This document shows, piece after piece, positions 34,791 to 48,978 of a stretch of 64,000 nt of DNA (its first letter is position 1; every line of letters begins with the position of its first letter). Source of the DNA: Mytilus trossulus (taxonomy: Eukaryota). Made by a program: the position numbers and the translations under genes. Where the stretch lies: NCBI RefSeq assembly GCF_036588685.1, contig NC_086379.1:7192001-7256000 (forward strand), given 5' to 3'. Under the pieces are notes generated by a model. The model was not told the origin of the DNA. It saw only the letters and a list, made by a program, of their open reading frames with translations, and did not search any database.

Positions 34791-35197
34791 GCTAACATTC
34801 AGGTATCATATACTAGTAATCTAGTTGCTTTATATGTGTAAAATAAGAATCTTCCAGCTTTTTTAATGGCCCATCAAAATTGAGAAAAAAAAAATACCCA
34901 TAGAAATTGCAGTAATAGGTTTACACTTTAAAAGCATCTAACTTGCTTTACCAAAATTTATTACTGAGAAAGAACATATATACCGTCACCGGACCATATA
35001 TATTGTTAGATATACTGTTCCCAGCTGTCACAAAGACTCACATTGTCGCTGATTGGATTTTGACATTAAAATTTGTCAAAAAGTAATTTTGAGTTTCAGT
35101 ACAACATATTTTCTGTTGTTTTTTTCCCATTCTTTTGCATTTATCTTTTGGTTTTCAATTCTAGTGTTTATATTTTTTTACCATGCAAAGATGTAGT

Positions 35198-36035
35198 TTT
35201 GGATTCTCATAAATTCTATGTATAACTTTTGGACTAGTTTGATTTCTGTAATTTATTCTTACATACTTTTGATTTTTTAACCCTGTCTGCGCTCATTGCC
35301 TATGTAAAATTTAAAATTGTTTATAATCCAGGTACTTTGGATAACTATTGTATGCACATTGAACGACAAATTTATGTGACGTATATAATTTTTCTGACGT
35401 CGGACACTCAAGTAGATCCATGTGTTCGTGGATAGGTTTTTGTGTCCTGTTAAATTGTTCCTTTTAAAAGTTTTGGATTCTCATAAATTCTATGTATAAC
35501 TTTTGGACTAGTTTGATTTCTGTAATTTATTCTTACATACTTTTGATTTTTTAACCCTGTCTGCGCTCATTGCCTATGTAAAATTTAAAATTGTTTATAA
35601 TCCAGGTACTTTGGATAACTATTGTATGCACATTGAACGACAAATTTATGTGACGTATATAATTTTTCTGACGTCAGACACTCAAATCAATCCATGTGTT
35701 CGTAGATAGTAGAAGTTGTTGTGTCCTGTTAAATTGTTATACGATGATGACTGATGTTCCCATATTTTGACTATTTTATTGATTGTGACTGTTTATTTAA
35801 CGCATCATGTAAATGTAACGGAATTTGATGAGACTGTTATTAAAGTGAGAGGGTTAGCGCTATAGAACCAGGTTTAATCCACCATTTTCTACATTTGAAA
35901 ATGCCTGTACCAAGTCAGGAATATGACAGTTCTTGTCCATTCGTTTTTGATACGTTTTGTTTTTTGATTTTGCCATGTGATTATGGACTTTCCAAATTGA
36001 TTTTCCTCTGAGTTCAGTATTTTTGTGATTTTACT
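35198..36035 (+). repeat. Dispersed repeat (also ~29856-30372, ~42710-42935 inverted) with an internal ~272-bp tandem duplication
   Basis: 35198-35469 is repeated almost exactly from 35470. Confidence 0.8.
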
Positions 36036-36859
36036 TTTGTCATCTGTCTGATTTTTGTCAAAGTTCAACGAACGTAAAAACCCGGAATTACCCATATCCG
36101 CTTACGAAATCGGATCCGATATTGTAATTTTCTTCTCATGTCAGCCATTTTGTTTTCAATGTTGTTTTTGTCAGATACGATTTTACTCGAATTTTTACAT
36201 TCTTTGTCGGCGATTTTCTGCATAAAGCTAGCGGTTGAACAAGATGAACATAGCTGTCATGAATAATAATGCTAAAACAAGTTTTGATATCGTTTATTAG
36301 GAGCCTTGGGTAAAAAGGTTTGCAAAGTTATTATTTTTATTTCCTCTCGAGTCGGGCACGTCGAGCGTAGCTACGGTAACCAAAATGGAAAGTCTGAATG
36401 CAAAAGTGGAAGGTCGCACACCTCGGACAACCGCTAATTTGAACCCCTGCCTCCAAATTGATAATGTACAAAAATTTCGTCTTAAAATTTAACATTGCCG
36501 CCAACAGCTTGAACAGTCGAACTTATTTTAAGACTACTGACGTAGTTGACTACGTATTGATGACAAACAATTTTCCTACGACTTTTGCCATTTGGGAAAT
36601 CTAAACTACTTGTATTTAGAGATTTTCGGCGATTAAACATTTCATACATTTGTTCTTCGACAGCTTAGCCAAAACCGCAGGGGATAATAAACTATATAAA
36701 GATTCCTAATGTGCCCTACTTCCTATGTGCAACTTCAACACTTTTGGATAAATCGACGATCATTTAAGGTTTTTCTGATAATTTTTTTGTAATAAAGAAT
36801 TAAAAGTATGATTAAACTCTCTAATGAGTTATAAATAACATAACATCCAGCTAGATAAT

Positions 36860-37460
36860 AACAATGAAATTGAGAAAGGAAATGGTGAATATGTCAAAGC
36901 GACAACCACCCGACCATAGAGTAAACAACAGCCGAAGGCAACCAATGGGTCTTCAATGTAGCGAGAATTCCCGCACCCGTAGGTGTCCTTCAGCTGGCCC
37001 CTAAAATATACATAATAGTACAGTGATAATGGACGTCATACTTAACTCCGAATTATACACATGAAACCAAAATTTAAAATCATACAAGACTAACAAAGGC
37101 CAGAGGCTCCTGACTTGGGACAGGCGCAAAATTGCGGCGGGGTTAAACATGTTTATGAGATCTCAACCCTCCCCCTATACCTCTAGCCAATGTAGAAAAG
37201 TAAAAGAATAACAATACGCACATTAAAATTCAGTTCAAGAGAAGTCCGAGTCCGATGTCAAAAGATGTAACAAAAGAAAATAAATAAAATGACAATAATA
37301 CATATAAATAACAACAGACTACTAGCAGTTAACTGACATGCCAGCTCCAGACCTCAATTAAACTGATTCAAAGATTATGTCTTCATCATATGAATATCAG
37401 GTACAATCCCTCTCGTTAGGGGTTTAGTATCATAGTATCATAAAATATATGAGAAGGAAA
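36860..37460. repeat. Dispersed repeat (inverted partial copy ~58500-58810)
   Basis: Shared AGAAGTCCGAGTCCGA, ACTAGCAGTT..ACTGACATGC and CTCCAGACC blocks. Confidence 0.65.
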
Positions 37461-37539
37461 GGACGATAACTCTGTCTGTATGGGATATTGTGGGAGATTG
37501 AGGAGGAAAGGGCGATAACTCTGTCTGTATGGGAGATTG

Positions 37540-37902
37540 GAGTTAATCCGTCACCGGAAAAAACTCGTCAATAATACGCGCCTTTAACACCGTCATTTGG
37601 GCGTTTAGGGGCGTCGTCACTTCCCTTCCAATATTGAGCGAGTGGTTGGAAAATTATAATTCTATATTGTACGAATTGTTCGGCAAATTGAATTCTCAAA
37701 ATTGACAATCAACACTGCTGTCATTAGGGAATTGTCAGTAAGTACCTACAGAGCAACTATTATTTCTAGTTTATCCTGCACAGAGACGATCACTAAGACG
37801 CTTGATGAACGTAAATAATGCAGAGATACAGGCGACCCCCTCTATCTGGTTAATGACGTCATAAAGGCATGCATAATTGACGAGTTTTTGCCGGATGAAC
37901 TC
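37540..37902. mobile_element. MITE with GAGTT.ATCCG termini (degenerate partial copy at ~40860-41125)
   Basis: Imperfect ~55-bp TIRs; no clear TSD. Confidence 0.6.
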
Positions 37903-40397
37903 GAAAGTGGTATATTAATAATGATTTGTTTTGTTAAGAGAATAATGTTTAAAAACTTATGCAATCACTCAAATGAGTTCATATAATTGCATAGAATACG
38001 CCACAGATGAACCAGAATCTACGTACCCTTCCATTGCACATGCGATGCTGCCAAGTTTTTGATTAGATTCGTTTTTCTTTATCTATAGTTATGTTGTGTG
38101 TTGTGCTGTTTGTCGTTAACTTTTTTAGCCATGGCATTGTTAGTTTATTTTCGATTTATGCGTTTGAATAATTAATTATCTGGTATTTTTTGCGCTCTTT
38201 TTTAACCGTTAAATATCTCTTATAATATGAGGAAAACAAGTGCTCTCAAAGAAATAATTTTTACTGCATTTTCCATCACACCAATCAAAATAGAGTTAAT
38301 GCTAATCCAATTTTTTTATTGAGATACAATTGAAATAAAAAAAAATGATAAACAATATTAATTTATAGATATGGATGGACAAAATCTGATGAATGCTTCT
38401 TTTTGTAACTTCATTGATCTTCATAGGGTTGTAAAAGCGTTGACCGTGTGCACATTTTTAGAATGAAGCGCTTCCGCCATTCATACAAAATGTACTTCAG
38501 TCAACGCCTTTACACCCCAATGAAGTTACAAAAAGAAGCATCCAATTCTTAATTTAAAATCAAACTAAATATTATTGTTAAAAATATATGGACTTTCGTG
38601 GATCTACAACCAGTCGATACCTGTATCTTTGCATTGCACAATGTCATGTGTTTCTTTATATAGACATAGGAAGATATGTTTGTATCGTCTTTCCACTCAA
38701 TCAATTGGACGAGTATTGATTGATAATTTAGTCTTAGATGCATAATTTTTGTTTAGTAGTTGTACATGTAATTGGCTTTAAACTAGCTGTCAGTAGTACT
38801 ACTATCAGTGTCATTTTATGTTGAGCTGTACAAGTACCCGGTTACGTCCACTCTGTGTTTTTGTTATATGTATCTCTATTTGTATCCATAGGATGAGTTT
38901 ACCCTTTTACCAGATTTAAATATTTCGTTCTTATGTTCTACGTTCTACCACTATCATAGATAAGACCCACTATAACATGTGTTATCCCGCCACATTCTGT
39001 ATTCATGTACATGTACATGTCTGTCCATAGTCAGGCGCCTGTTATTCCCTGTTTGTAGTTTGTTGGTGTGTTGAATAATTATTTGTTTTTCGTTTCTTTT
39101 TAACATCATTTAGGACGTTGGTTTTCCCGTTTGGATTGTTTCACATTTTTGATTTGGGGCCTTTTGAAAGCTGACTATTCGGTACAAGCTTTGCTCATTG
39201 TTGGAAGCCGTACGGTGACCTATAGCTGTTTATTTATGTCATTTGGTCTCTTGTAGAGAATTGTCTCATTGGCAATCATACATGTACCACATCATCAATT
39301 TTATATGTTAGAAATTTAACTTTTTTTGATAATTAAGATTCCTCAAGAGTATAGTCGAAACGTTTGAATTTTTGACCATCTTACCAGTTTAGGTGTCAGA
39401 CTACCAATTACTCCCTCAAATTTAAAAGTAGGTCTACTCGGGACAAAAAATAGTGCATTTAATGTCATTGTTTACTTAAGCTACCCAACCAATTTGCAGA
39501 AATGAAACTTTTGGTGAAAGAGAAATATATTAAGATAATTTTGAGCCCAAATATACATGTTGTACTTGTTTATGAGTTGAAATTAACAATTGAGGATTAA
39601 TGCGCTCCATGGTATAATACTAATTTAAGATTTCAAGAAAACCAGGGGTTGTTTTAGTGGTACATCCATTCGGAAGGTCTCTTCTTTCTTATATGGCTTT
39701 AAAGGCATGAAGAAAGGTGATACCTGTATTCAGATTCCTGATTCAGGACATACCTGGTTTGCAAGAGGTTAAACTTAAGATAAAAAATTTAGAAAGCTAT
39801 GCAATTGGACTTTTAAATGGTGGTCTGACACCTATAAAATTTTTTTATTTATTAGTGACTAATACTCTGTGCAAAAATGTTTTTATCATTGCATTTGTAA
39901 TTGTTGTTTCAAAATTCACTATATCATATACAAATGGTACTAGAATGACAAAAATATAAATGAAATTCTAGATTCAGGATTTAAAAAAAATCAGTTGTTG
40001 TTAAAATCAAACTCGGTTAAATTTTAGAGCTAATTTGAAAACCTACCCTAAAATAAAAATAAAGTTACACAGTTTAATCAGTACATGAAGAACACTAGAA
40101 TTAAAGACTTCGAATTAAAACGCCGTTGAAATTGATAAAAATAAAATAGGCAATGTATACAAAGTATTATAAATGTATTGCTATCATAAAAGCGCTGCCG
40201 GGTCAAAGATTGCATTCATCTTGAAATGGCAACTTAATATTAATCATTCAATCATGCATCGGAAGGAAATATAAAATATCTTCTTTTGTCCATTATTGCA
40301 AATGGTTTTACAACTAACGAAGATAAGTTAAAAAATTAAACATACATATCTTTCTTTAACAACGATTATTGCTATTTTTATTTTAATGTAATTTCTT

Positions 40398-40695
40398 CAA
40401 GGAATGACTGTAATATTTTTCTGTCTATGAGGAAATAACATAAAAAAATTGGTGCACACTGAATAACGCGCGTAACAGTGTGTACAACATTTTTTTTAAT
40501 GTTATTTCGAATAGACAGACAAAATATTACCATAATTTTTTTATAATTTAATTCTAAATTCCATTTAAAACCGTAGAAAACCATGAAAAAACGTTGATGA
40601 CGCCACGGTCACATGACTAAATTATGTCTTAATGGCCTCATAACAAAATAATGTCCGCCAATCAGAAGACGCGTTACATCCAAAATTAAATTATT
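40398..40695. mobile_element. Non-autonomous element with one-ended palindrome (family B)
   Basis: Palindrome ~40400-40540; ATAATTTAATT / AATTAAATTAT inverted pair at ~40543 and ~40684. Confidence 0.6.
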
Positions 40696-41196
40696 AACAA
40701 ATATGGTTATACATAAAAAAAAATATTACAAAAAGCCTTTGATCATTGGCTGATTATCTATAGCCAGCAATCAACGTCTTAACTCAACACACAAATGCTG
40801 TATCGAATAAGCAAAAAGACCACTTTTTGTGGATGATACCACATGCGTTTAGGTAAAGGTTTCTTCACTTCCTGTCAACGTTGAGCGAGTGGTTGAAAAA
40901 ATGACGTCATATTGCACGAATAATTCGGCAAATCAATTACTTATAATGGATAATCAGCACTGCTGTGATAAGAGAATTGTGATTAAGAACCTATGGAACA
41001 AACAATATTTCTACATAAGCGAAGACGAAGAATGAACATGAATAATGCAGGGATACAGGCGATCTCCTTTACCTAGTGAATGTCGTAAAAACAGCGGGCA
41101 TAATTGACGAACTTTCCGTGAAGAACATGTCCTGAAAGTGGTCTATTCCTAAGAAAAGGTGATTAAACAAAAATGATGCCATATTCATAAGATACA

Positions 41197-44100
41197 TTAC
41201 AAAAATATACTACTTGCTATGAAGTCTCTTAATTTTGTCTTTTTTCTCAATAGAAATAAACTACTTTCCCTACATATGTCACCAAGATAGAACCACAACC
41301 AACGGCTTTGGCTGTAATATCTCTGGATAGGTACTCTAGGTTGGAATGGAGATTTTGGCGAGTACATGCAATAAAGCACCTGTTGGTCTGTGTTCATTAT
41401 ACTCATTGTAATTAATCCTTCAACTGCTTTTTTATAATCTTCAACAAACAGTAGTAAGTAGTCAGGTGTACCAATGAATAATCCACCAGCTAAAAATACA
41501 CTATTACTAAACATGATTTGTTTTGGAGTCATGTCTACGAATTTATCAATCTGTACAAATGCTATATGATCGTCTTTAATATTTTGTGGAGTTTGTAATG
41601 TAAAAACACCCTTTTCATTGCCTCTGAAATAACCTAAGTCAATCCATGCTAAATATTTTGTGTTTACTAATTTTTCCTTTATTACCTCCTTTAAAAGATC
41701 ATACTTTACATGCATGGCACACGAATATGAAGCCATGACAGTATTCGGATACCATTTTGGATAGTCTGGTTGATTGTAAATTTTCTCTATTTTTTGTTTT
41801 AATCCAAATGCCCAAAATTCGTTTTGCTTTTTTAAAAATATTCTGGTCATGTGATCTTGAAAATGAGATCTTTCCAGTTTAAAATTAGTTGCTAAATCTT
41901 CTAAATCGGTGTAGAGAATAATAGTGTTGTTCATAAACGCGTAATTTTTCATCCATTTGTAATACGATTGTGTATTGAATGTTTTGAAAGGACCTTTCAT
42001 GATTTTACCAAGATTAAAATAGGCTGTGACAAACGTGATTTCCTTGCTTTGACTGGAATAATCTATTGATCCTTCCAACATATTTGGTGGTGTAGGCTCC
42101 TGAAAATAAAAATACCAGGCAGTTATAACAGTATGTTGACGTCATAAAGACAGCATAACTACACGTGATAGTTGTGAATTGTTTTTTTTTCAAACCCTGC
42201 AGGAGGAAAATATTGACATGCATTTGTGAGTTGTAATCTCTGTCCTGTATTTTAAATTTATTTCCACTCTATTTGGTCCTGTCCTTTTATATTTATATAT
42301 AGGTGTGACTTTTAAAAAAATTTAAATTGTCAACCTCCCTGGAGTTTTTGCCAAGTTTCTCATTTTTTTCTCTCTCAAACTTATGTCCTGCCTTTTTTTA
42401 AATTTCATCATAGCCCCTATTTATATACTTAGTAAATCAAATGATATCTCCTATAATTGCCTAACTGTTGACCTATTTAATCTTACCTTATATTTGAGCT
42501 CAGTTGACCATCCATCTGTTATCATATATTCTTGGTAACAACCTGCAAAGAAACATACAGCTGTAAACATAAGAAAATGTAGCTGTACACACAAGTAAAT
42601 ATAGTAATACAATCTAGTTCATTAATATGCTTCTTTTTTATGTAGGAGCTTTATTTAGAAATTGTATAGTTTTTCTCTCTCATGAAATTAGGGTGGTAAT
42701 GATATTAGAAAAAAGTTAAATCACAAAAATACTGAACTCCGAGGAAAATTCAAAACGGAAAGTCCCTAATCAAATGTCAAAATCAAATGACAAAAAACAT
42801 CAAACGAATGGACAACAACTGTCATATTTCTGACTTGGTAAAGGCATGTTCAAATGTAGAAAATGGTGGATTGAACCTGGTTTTATAGCGCTAAACCTCA
42901 TACTTGTACGACAGTCGCATCAAATTCCATTAAAAATTGACAATGGTACACACAACAACACGAAACCCATCAAAAAATGGTGGTGATTTTAGGTGCTCCG
43001 GGAGAGTAAGCAGATCCTGCTTCACATGTAGCACCTGCTGTATTTCTCATTTATTTTTTACAAAACCAGTAAAAAGTCTAATTCGGTAGTTCACATTTGT
43101 GAAAAGAGAATGGGATTGTAGATACGAACATATCCAATACCAGATGTATAACGGATATTTCATAACCGGTCAACCAACTCGTGATGGCGTCCGTAAAATT
43201 TACGAAGTGATGAATTCAACTTCACCATTTGGATCTCTTGGTTTGAAAATGAAAAGGTCACAATTGGGAACCTTTTTTTTCAAGATGAAATCATCTCTTT
43301 TGTCGTAAAGTTTTGTTTTCAACCGACACTCATAGTCAATTTATAGATACAAATGTATAAGTCCTAATGAAAAGGCAAAATCAAAAGCTCAAACACATCA
43401 AACAAATGGATAACAACTGTCAAATTCCTTGCCATAAGTTCGTTTGTACACTTGCATTTATTCAAACCATGACGCCAAGTTAATAGTTATCAAAGGTTTC
43501 AGGATAATAATTAAGTACGCCAGACGCGTGTTTCGTCTACACAAGACTCGATCATTTGTGACGCTCATATCAAACTATTTACCAATCCAAATTATAACGA
43601 AGTTGAAGAGCATTGAGGATCCAAAATTCCGAAAAGTTAAAATCGGTGTTATTTTAGCTCCAACTCGAGGAATTTGTTTTCTTTCAGTGCGCGTGATGTA
43701 TGGATTATTTCTTGAATTCAAGAAAGCATCAATTTATTCTAAAACTTTTTTTAACTGAATTGCTAGCAACCAGTTTAAGTGAAACATTTTTTTTTCTCAC
43801 AAACTTTTCAGATCTGCTCAAAGCCCAAAAGTTGTGTCAATGATAAATCTCATGTAGATCAAAGAAGCATGTACATGTAGGTTAGAATCACCTAATTTCC
43901 ACAGGTTGTTTTACTAGCTGAAATGCATTGTTTAACCAAGTAATATAATTGTAAGTCATTCAGTATCATATTACTGATTTTTTTGCAGTAAATCGTAGGC
44001 ATTTAGTTCACTGCGCGGTCAGATCTTCATCTTACAGTAATACCATGGAGATTCAACTGCACATTAAATTATATGGCTGTAGTGTAACACATCAATATCT

Positions 44101-45572
44101 GTATACTTAAAGAATTTCCAAAGTCTGCCTTTACATCACTGCGACAAAATTGTACAAATGAGCTTAAATTTGTATATGGATGATACTTTGATGGCGTTAT
44201 AAGTTTGTATTTGACTAAATTTAATATATAATCTTATCATGAAATGTACAAAACCGAAGTCTTATGGGTAGTTATATTTTTTTGTACATTTTTCATTAAA
44301 GAAATTGCAAATTTGAAGCTTTGTAACCATTTGAAAAAAATAATGTGAAAATTTTGTATTTTTTATATCTGTATATTATATTTTTTCAGCAACTTACTTA
44401 TCTTATGAAACTTATAACCACAAAAAGAAGAATACATGCTTAATTATTTGTATTAAATTTGAGATTCTTTACCTTGACATGTTGAAAAATTCAATAAATG
44501 ATCAACTAATAAATTACGAAATCTAGATTATAGCTTGATAAAACATACGAAAACACCTTTAGAGTTGTTTGTTATACTCTAAAGACCGCTAAAAAATCAA
44601 GAAGAAATACATTCTGTTGAATAGGAGCGGTAAAGTTGTAATTTTGTATCAATTTTTATTGACATTTCTGTCTTTTTTGCAAGAGTTATTTCCCTTTTCA
44701 CTGCAAAACTCCATAAGAATTTTAAATGGTGATTTTTTTAGTTTTCCTCAAGTTAGATTAATGGGACTTTTTTTCTGTGTATATTTGGGGTATAATAAAA
44801 AAAAATAATAAAAAAAAAAATGATCAAAACTTTAAAATCTTCTGTTGCAATTACTTTCAGGTTAGGGTCAAATTTATGCTAGATTGACTGGACTAGGAAA
44901 ATTAGCTTAAATTACCTTAAATTTTGTGTATGGAAAATAAGCTTAAACTAGTATATTGGATTCGGAGTGACAAAATGATTACTATTAGCAAAATTGATTG
45001 TAGACGAAATAAAGAAAATGTAGAAAAGTATCAATTTGAGATTACATTGGTACTTTTCAACGACTGAGATAAAATAATGATAAGAGATCCCATTTTGGTT
45101 TTTGATGGGGGTTGTTTAGCTCTGTATCTTGTTTTCTATGCAGAGTTCTATGCTGTTGGCCGTTTTTTGCCATATAAAAAAAGATGTGGTATGATAGCCA
45201 ATGAGACAACTGTGCACAAGAGACCAAAATGACACATACATTAACAACTATTGGTCACCGTAGGGCCTTCAACAATGAACAAAACCCATACCGCATAGTC
45301 AGCTATAAAGGGCCCCGATACAACAATGTAAAACAATTCAAACGAGAAAGCTAACGGGTCTTATTTATATAAAAAATGACTGTCATATATAAGTTTTTTT
45401 TTTAACTGAATAAGTTTACATACCCTTTTGGTGTTTTCTGCCTCTATTTTATGAAATATTAAACATATTGAATGTACGTACAGAAAACTAATAATACCAG
45501 GTAAAGACCTGCTGGCAAAATATATGGTTCTGGTCCACAAAGTTTCAGCCATACCTTGAACCTGCACAGCAT
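41197..45572 (-). CDS. Type II membrane HtrL/YibB-like putative glycosyltransferase (~349 aa; exons 45572-45482, 42542-42487, 42099-41197)
   Basis: TFVTAYF, LAWIDLGYFR, LAGGLFIG and TDQQVL resemble the HtrL_YibB family. The upstream exons splice in frame (1050 nt) and supply a hydrophobic anchor, YILPAGLYLVLLVFCCY. Confidence 0.7.
45175..45375 (+). repeat. High-copy short dispersed repeat (AAGATGTGGTATGATTGCCAATGAGACAACT...); copies also at ~2550, 6625, 39100-39305, 50120, 50712, 55385, 59090
   Basis: Multiple homologous copies in both orientations. Confidence 0.8.
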
Positions 45573-46045
45573 CTAAAACACAACAATTTAAATAATTATG
45601 CAATTAGAATGACTCAGCGCCAATGAAATATTTTATAAATCAATGCACTTGATAATAAAATAAAAGTCGTGAACTAATACACTTTTGTCTATTAAATAAA
45701 GAACCATCATACAGTCTTATTTCAACATATCTGTCGAAACAAGCATTATGTGAGTATTGCATGGTAATAAATAGTCCTCTACCTATTAAAAATCCATTGT
45801 ATTGGACGAAAAAACTAACTTGATATATAAATTGCCATGGTTTAAATTATATAACATATATCAGGTCAATATATCAAAGAATGACAAAAACACACATATG
45901 AAGAAAACTGATTATTTGAGTGAATTTGCTATTTCCAAGGACCATAACACTGCAGCAAATCAGACTGGAAACAAAATTGAACTTAAACTTTAAATAGTCA
46001 CGGTAAAAGTTATACCAACTATCAAATCAATATTTCAAGAATGAG

Positions 46046-47087
46046 AAACTAGAGGCTCTCAAGAGCCTGTATCGCTCACCTGATTCTACTTTTTTTTTGA
46101 AATCATATAAAAAGATAATTTGGCTACAAAGTAACAAAACTTGGCCAGCCACTCATTAAGAAAGGAACCTTTATGCTATGTTTGGTTTCATTCAATTCAG
46201 TGGTTCACTAAAAGTAGACATTTGTATGTATTTCCCTTAGGGTCCCTAGTTAAACCAATTCCACTACTGGCCACCATCTTGGATGATGGATCAGCTGCAA
46301 AGTAACAACACTTGGTCAGCATGTCATAAGGAACATTCATACTATGTATCGTTGCATTCCATTCAGTGATTCTCTAAAAGCAGTCATTTGTATGCATGTC
46401 CAATAGGGTCTTATATGTTAAACTTAGTCCCCCACTGGCAGCCACATGGGATGATGGATCGGCTACTAAATAACAACGCTTGGTCAACACCTCATAAGGA
46501 ACATTCATGCTAGGTATGGTTTCATTCCATTCAGTGGTTCTCTAATAGCAGTCATTTGCATGTTTTCCCATATGGTCCTATGTTAAACGAAGTCCCCCGC
46601 TGGCGGCCATCTTGGATGATGGTTCGGCTACAAAGTAACAACACTTGGTCAGCGCCTAATAAGGAACATTCAAACCATAGTTTGTTTCATTCCATTTAGT
46701 GATTCTCTAAAAGAAGTAATTTTTATGCATTTCCCATAGGGTCCTATGTTAAACTAAGTCCCCCGCTGGCGGCCATCTTGGATAATGGATCGGCTACAAA
46801 AGAACAACGCTTGGTCAACACCTCATAAGGAACATTCATGTCATATATGGTTTCATTTCATTCAGTGGTTCTCTACAAGAAGTTCAAAATGTAAAAAGTT
46901 CGCTTTTCTCATCACTTTGGCGTTTGTCGCCCGTCGTCGGCATACACTTTTCACATTTTGAACTTCTTTTAGAGAACAACTGAATAGAATGAAACCAAAC
47001 ATGGCATGAATGTTCCTAATGAGGTGCTGCACAAGTGTTGTTACCTTGTAGCCGAGCCGATCCATCATCAAAGATGGCAGCCAGCAC
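46046..47087. mobile_element. Helentron/HINE-type non-autonomous element with ~160-bp internal tandem repeats, plus an inverted partial copy
   Basis: Terminal hairpin AGGCTCTCAAGAGCCT + GCTCACCTG, about five tandem units; 46900-47087 is inverted. Confidence 0.6.
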
Positions 47088-47120
47088 ATTAAGGCTAAAC
47101 TAATTTAAATACTATATATA

Positions 47121-48978
47121 ATATATGTTAGCGATTTAAGCTTAAATCCTGAAAAGGGTGTGCAGGCATTAAGCTTAATGTCTAAAATATAAATGTGAGT
47201 AAATAAAGGACATTTATTCATCTAAATGAAAATACATTTGTTACATAACAACATCATCAGAACTGAAGTTAAATGTCATCTTCCGGATCTAATATTACTT
47301 ATAAAATATGTACTTCAATATATCAAAACTTATCAAATAATACTTTCAAAATATGAAAACTAGGTAAAAAAAATATGTACTTTAATATATCAAAACTCAT
47401 CAAATAATAATTTCAAAATATGAAAACTAAATAGAATTTAATTTGTGTTAAAATCACCGCCGGACTCATGGGTTGCTGCCTTATGACCACTTAAAGTTGT
47501 TTCACAATTGATTAACTCTTCTAGAATTAAATTTATGTAAGGTGATATTTGAACACCACAAAAGATGTATAGTTTCCATCTGCGTTTGATTGAAAATCCA
47601 TGAAATCAACTTGCCCTCTAGTGTCATAACAGTAGAGGTCAAGTTGATTAACTTAAAGTCTTAAGATAAAATGAGCTTCACTCCTACTCCTTTCCCTATA
47701 TGTTTTCTTTTTCATATGTAATGATTACAATTTTCACAAAGTGAATGAACAGTAAAAATAGCATCACGGGAAATATCAAATTATCAAATATTTAGCTGTT
47801 TAATCATGCAGTCTCTGTCGCCATGAGTAGTTTCTTTATGAGCCTTTTCCAAAATACCACATATTTCCTCTAGTAAGACATACATGTAAAAAAAAAAACC
47901 TCATAAATCTCATTGACTTTAGTTATCAATCTCTCAAAACCGTAATTTGTAAAAATGTTATACCTTGTTTTCCCTTAGTGGCGGATCCAGGGGGAGGGTT
48001 CCGGGAGTTAAACCCCCCTTTTTGGACGATCAATACATTTAAATGGGGACATATAGTTGGAACCTACCACTTTGACCTGAGTTGGGACCCCCTTTTTAAA
48101 AGGCTGGATTCGACCCTGTCCCTGATTAGAATTTAGACCTCAAAGATTCAAAAATGTGTCCTTAATATAAATGCTGTCACTTAACGCTAATAATCTAGAT
48201 AAAAAGCAAAAAAAGGCAGTGGCGGATCCAGAAATTTTCATAAGTGGGGGCCCACTGACTGACCTAAGAGGGGACCCGCTCCAGTCACGTTTCAGTGATT
48301 CCCTAAATAAGCAACCAATTTTTTCCCCCAAAAAGGGGGGGGGGCGGGCCCCCTGTCTCTCACCCCTAAATCCGCCTCTGAAGGGGTATTTAACAGTTTG
48401 ACTTTGAAAAAATGGTGTGAGCAAAAATTATATCTTAATTCTTTCTACTTTTGACAAGTTAAAACCAGCGCGACCAGTGAAGTGTAAAAAAATCTAAATA
48501 ATTATTATAATTTATTTATTTGATAGAATCTCTCCCTTTTTTTATCTGATACAATCACTTTTTTTTTAACCTATTTTTATTTGTTTAAAACCACAAAATA
48601 GTACGATCAGTTAATTCCGTTTAGAATATGAGAAAAAACTCAAATTGAAGATCTGTCAAACGAATTTATAATAATAATTTAATTACGAAACTACTTAATA
48701 TTAAGAATAAATCACAAAATATTAATTCCACTTATTGCTTGAAATCAAGATCGGCGATGGGTTGAATAATGATCATTAGATTTCAGGAAATAGCTAATGT
48801 CTGAAAATTTCAGGCAATAGCTTAACGCCTATTCGTTAGCTTATTGATTAGGATTTAAGCTGAATGCCTAGGCGTTGTTAGCTTATTGATTAGGATTTAA
48901 GCTTAATGCCCAGACGTTAGCTTATTGACTAGGATTTAAGCTTAATGCCTAATTTCACCTTTTGCCGCTAACATATAT
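47121..48978. mobile_element. Non-autonomous TIR element with subterminal TTAAGCTTAATGCC repeats and two nested small GC-rich elements (~47977-48117, ~48217-48380)
   Basis: ATATATGTTAGCG / CGCTAACATATAT ends; ~36-bp repeats at 48830-48950; nested CAGTGGCGGAT...ATCCGCCTCTG. Confidence 0.55.

Noticed and set aside
43515-43568. Additional hammerhead copy (minus strand)
   Set aside because: Catalytic core is disrupted by insertions and substitutions.
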